A stretch of 64,000 nucleotides of DNA, taken from the NCBI GenBank assembly GCA_040400605.1, contig JBBAPZ010000002.1:123650-187649 (forward strand), written 5' to 3'. Positions 61,067 through 64,000 of the stretch are shown here, piece by piece (position 1 is the first letter of the stretch; the number at the start of each line of letters is the position of its first letter). The translations under genes and the position numbers were made by a program. Below the pieces are notes generated by a model. The model saw only the letters and a program-made list of their open reading frames with translations. It did not search any database and was not told the DNA's origin. Origin of the DNA: Candidatus Sericytochromatia bacterium. Lineage in GTDB: Bacteria; Cyanobacteriota; Sericytochromatia; S15B-MN24; JAQBPE01.

Positions 61067-62380
61067 TTATTGGTTGCTCACCGCCTTAAGCGCATTGATA
61101 CGGCCGAAACCAAACTTTTCATCCCAGTTGGCACCCGCCATATCAGGCGTCTTGTCGGCTGTGCGCTCAAGCAGGGCTTTGACGTCAGCCGGCGGCATCT
61201 TGGGGTTCACGGAGCGAATCAGGCCGCAAAGACCCGCGACCAACGGAGTCGCCATGGATGTGCCGCTCATGAAGCTATATTCCTTGGTGATGCGGCCGCC
61301 TGAATTTTTGGTCAGCCACACATCATAAGTGGGCGTTGTGGAGAAAATCTGGACACCGGGTGAACTGACGGAGCAATATTTGTTGAACGACGAGAACACC
61401 GCAATCTTGTCATTGGAATCCGTCGCGCCGACCGCGATGACACCGGGATAGGCTGCCGGGTACGAAACCGGGTTGCCCGAATTGCCCGAGTTGCCCATCG
61501 CAGCGACCACCACCGAGTTTTTGCTCAGCGCATACTTCACCGCATCACCCAAGGCCTGCATCGTGCCTGCGCCGCCCAAGCTCAAACTGATGACATCTGC
61601 GCCGTTATCGGCTGCCCAGGTGATGCCTTTGGCGACTGACAGCAAACTACCGGAACCAGCGCCCGCCAAGACTCGTACTGGCATCAGCTTGCAGTTGGCA
61701 GCCATACCGGACACGCCCACGCCGTTGTCGGTGATCGCCGCCGCCGTACCGGCGCAGTGCGTGCCGTGACCATTGTCATCCCCTGCCGAACCCACACCGA
61801 ACAGACCACCGACGCCAGTCGCGTTATAACCCTTCACCAGCTTGTCCTTGAGGTCCGGGTGATTGAGGTCGATGCCTGTGTCAACAATCGCCACCACGAC
61901 GGAATTGCTGCCTCCACGGGTCTTGCGCACCGCATCTTCTTGCTGGGTCTTGGCGATCGCCCACTGATCCTTCGCCAACGGATCACTGAAGGCTTCAAGC
62001 GGCGAACCAGCTTTTCGACGAGCGGAACCACCCGACGCCAACGTGGATACAGGATCCGCAATGGTCATCGTCACATCCGCTTCCACATACACAGCACTTG
62101 CACCCAACTCTTTTTTAAGGTCCGCCACGGTCTTACCAGCCGGCAGATCAACTTCATACAAGCCCAATGCAGGCACAGCCGGCTGAATCTTGGCGCCAAA
62201 ATCCTGACGCATCCGCAACGCTTGCCCCGGACGTGCCTTCACGATTGCCTTGCCCGCGACAGGCTTGCCAGCGATCAACGCACCCGCACTCGCCGTCCGA
62301 TTGGCCGAGACAACATCCAAGGCCTTGCCACAGCCCGCCAACACAAGCGTCCCCGCCAAAATTCCGATCGCCTGCTTCAC
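61067..62380 (-). CDS. S8 subtilase lipoprotein
   Basis: Lipobox LAGC; VDTG, HGTHCAG, GTSMA; RBS AAAGGAG before GTG. Confidence 0.93.
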   Translation of the reverse strand: MKQAIGILAGTLVLAGCGKALDVVSANRTASAGALIAGKPVAGKAIVKARPGQALRMRQDFGAKIQPAVPALGLYEVDLPAGKTVADLKKELGASAVYVEADVTMTIADPVSTLASGGSARRKAGSPLEAFSDPLAKDQWAIAKTQQEDAVRKTRGGSNSVVVAIVDTGIDLNHPDLKDKLVKGYNATGVGGLFGVGSAGDDNGHGTHCAGTAAAITDNGVGVSGMAANCKLMPVRVLAGAGSGSLLSVAKGITWAADNGADVISLSLGGAGTMQALGDAVKYALSKNSVVVAAMGNSGNSGNPVSYPAAYPGVIAVGATDSNDKIAVFSSFNKYCSVSSPGVQIFSTTPTYDVWLTKNSGGRITKEYSFMSGTSMATPLVAGLCGLIRSVNPKMPPADVKALLERTADKTPDMAGANWDEKFGFGRINALKAVSNQ

Positions 62381-62637
62381 CTGCTTGCTCCTTTCACGTT
62401 CAGCCACAACAACGACTTCCCGGCCGACTCGAACCACTGCAATTCCAGATGAGCGCGGCAGATGAAGATTAAGATTAATTTAAACTATAGCGATTTTACG
62501 ATTAAAATTGGTCGATTGTCAATCATGCGACAGGTGTTAAATTTTATTTAATTTAGAGTAAAGATCGGTCAGTTGGGGGAAGTTGGCTGTGAAAAACGTG
62601 ATGTGGAACATGGCGCGTGTTGAGGAGGATTTTGTTA

Positions 62638-63135
62638 ATGGCGATGACGACGGTAAACAAGGTTTTGTTTGAGGGAACGGTCACGAAGGTGCCGGTTTCC
62701 CGTGATGCCAAGCAGGCGGATGCAGACATCAAAAAGTTCAGGGCGGCGTTGGACGCAGACAACACAGGGAACAATTCGCTCGTTGTTCGCACGGAGACTG
62801 GTGATGTGTACCAGCTGTCGGAGAGTCGAGTGAAGCAGGCGGCGGCTGGTAAAATCTTTGGAAAGGGCGATCAGGTCATCATCGATGGCAAACCTGCCAG
62901 GACGCTTTTTCATGAGGAGGAACTGTACAAACGGGGTGAATTGTTCGCGTCAGCAGCATTCTGTGGTGGTCTGATTGGCGCGGCGCTTGGTTTTATTGGC
63001 CAAGTTGCCGTGGCCGCTGATGGGGTTGCGATGGGAGGAGCGCTTGGGTTCTTTGCGCCGATCGCTGCCATTGCGGCAGTTTTTGCGCTGATTGGCGGTG
63101 GCCTCTCCTTGTTTGCGAAGTCCGCGCGTGATTAG
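62638..63135 (+). CDS. hypothetical protein with C-terminal Gly-rich TM hairpin
   Basis: RBS GAGGAGG; soluble N-domain then two Gly/Ala-rich hydrophobic helices. Confidence 0.75.
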   Translation: MAMTTVNKVLFEGTVTKVPVSRDAKQADADIKKFRAALDADNTGNNSLVVRTETGDVYQLSESRVKQAAAGKIFGKGDQVIIDGKPARTLFHEEELYKRGELFASAAFCGGLIGAALGFIGQVAVAADGVAMGGALGFFAPIAAIAAVFALIGGGLSLFAKSARD

Positions 63136-63410
63136 GGTTACGGATTGGTGCGACGGCAGTGATGGGCTAGACGTCCTGAGTACGTCAGGCGGGTATTACT
63201 CTGGCAAGTGACGCGTGCCCACTGCGCCAAGCAGATGTATTGAGCCATTCAGCCCGTGCAGTCGTTGAAGTTCCGGCGCACGGGCACTATTGTGATCGAG
63301 ACTGGCCGCCCAACCTGATCAACCATTCCTGGCTGCGGCCGTGCACCGGGATGCGCTACAATGGTTACAGACAGGTCTTTTGCCAGGGTTTGCGCAGGAG
63401 GTTGTGGCGC

Positions 63411-64000
63411 GTGCAACAGAACTATGACGTGGTGGTGGTGGGCGCTGGTCACGCGGGTTGCGAGGCGGCCCTTGCCAGTGCGCGTCTGGGTGCAGGCACC
63501 CTGGTTGTGACTTTGAGCCTTGACCGCATCGCGACGATGCCTTGCAACCCCGCTATCGGGGGGCCGGCCAAGGGGCATTTGGTGCGCGAGATTGACGCCC
63601 TCGGTGGTCAGATGGGGCAAAATGCCGATCTCACCGCGCTGCAAATCAAGGTCCTTAACGGCTCCAAGGGGCCGGCGGTGCAAGCCCTGCGGGCACAATC
63701 TGACAAATACGCCTATTCGGCCAGCATGCGTGCCGTGCTCGAACAGACCCCCGGGCTTGGCCTGCTTGAGGGGATGGTGGATAGCCTGACCCGATTGGAT
63801 GACGGGTCGCTTGAACTTATTTTGCAATCCGGGCAGCGCATCCGGTCACGGGCTGTCGTCTTGACCACCGGTACGTTTTTGAACGGCCTCTGTCACACTG
63901 GCCTGACGCGCACGGTGGCAGGGCGTCGTGGCGAACCCGCTGCCGAACGGTTGTCGGATAGTCTGCGGGCACTCGGGCTTGAGATGCACCGCCTCAAGAC
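63411..64000 (+). CDS. mnmG: tRNA uridine 5-carboxymethylaminomethyl modification enzyme (partial, runs off window)
   Basis: Not in ORF track; translated by hand: YDVVVVGAGHAGCEAA, MPCNPAIGGPAKG, SKGPAV, TTGTFL. Confidence 0.95.
   Translation, partial: MQQNYDVVVVGAGHAGCEAALASARLGAGTLVVTLSLDRIATMPCNPAIGGPAKGHLVREIDALGGQMGQNADLTALQIKVLNGSKGPAVQALRAQSDKYAYSASMRAVLEQTPGLGLLEGMVDSLTRLDDGSLELILQSGQRIRSRAVVLTTGTFLNGLCHTGLTRTVAGRRGEPAAERLSDSLRALGLEMHRLK

Noticed and set aside
62461..63410. oriC next to mnmG
   Set aside because: The region is AT-rich, but there is only one degenerate DnaA-box-like sequence and no cluster.

Overview
Gene-dense bacterial chromosomal window (moderately GC-rich) with about 57 supportable CDSs. 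I found no rRNA, tRNA, CRISPR array, transposase or integrase. Core genes: fbaB, a CBS-less IMPDH/GMPR, nfu-type, crcB, rnd, folD, transaldolase/fsa, pepP, hlyC-pyrG-cdd-era, nanE-ROK kinase, mutS, DciA/DUF721 and a partial mnmG. These are interspersed with many exported hydrolases (two S8 lipoproteins, a gluzincin lipoprotein, an endonuclease-I lipoprotein, two lytic transglycosylases, LysM-M23, GHL10, phosphoesterases) and orphan proteins. The gene mix suggests a diderm Terrabacteria lineage, possibly a non-photosynthetic cyanobacterial relative such as Sericytochromatia; this is an unverified impression. Main leads: (1) a phage-type Zn-finger HNH nuclease sits between an esterase and an ATP-grasp gene behind its own promoter, which carries a near-consensus Gram-positive-type LexA box; (2) a TTAA-N7-TTAA, 11-bp-periodic motif recurs upstream of secreted proteases and orphan genes; (3) a multi-hairpin leader overlaps the RBS of a 73-aa ORF; (4) unusual architectures: SRPBCC + AI-2E, triple XRE-HTH + stand-alone receiver, DUF4388 + MshEN, and a FeoC-like wHTH. 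All family calls come from motif recognition by eye, with no database searches.
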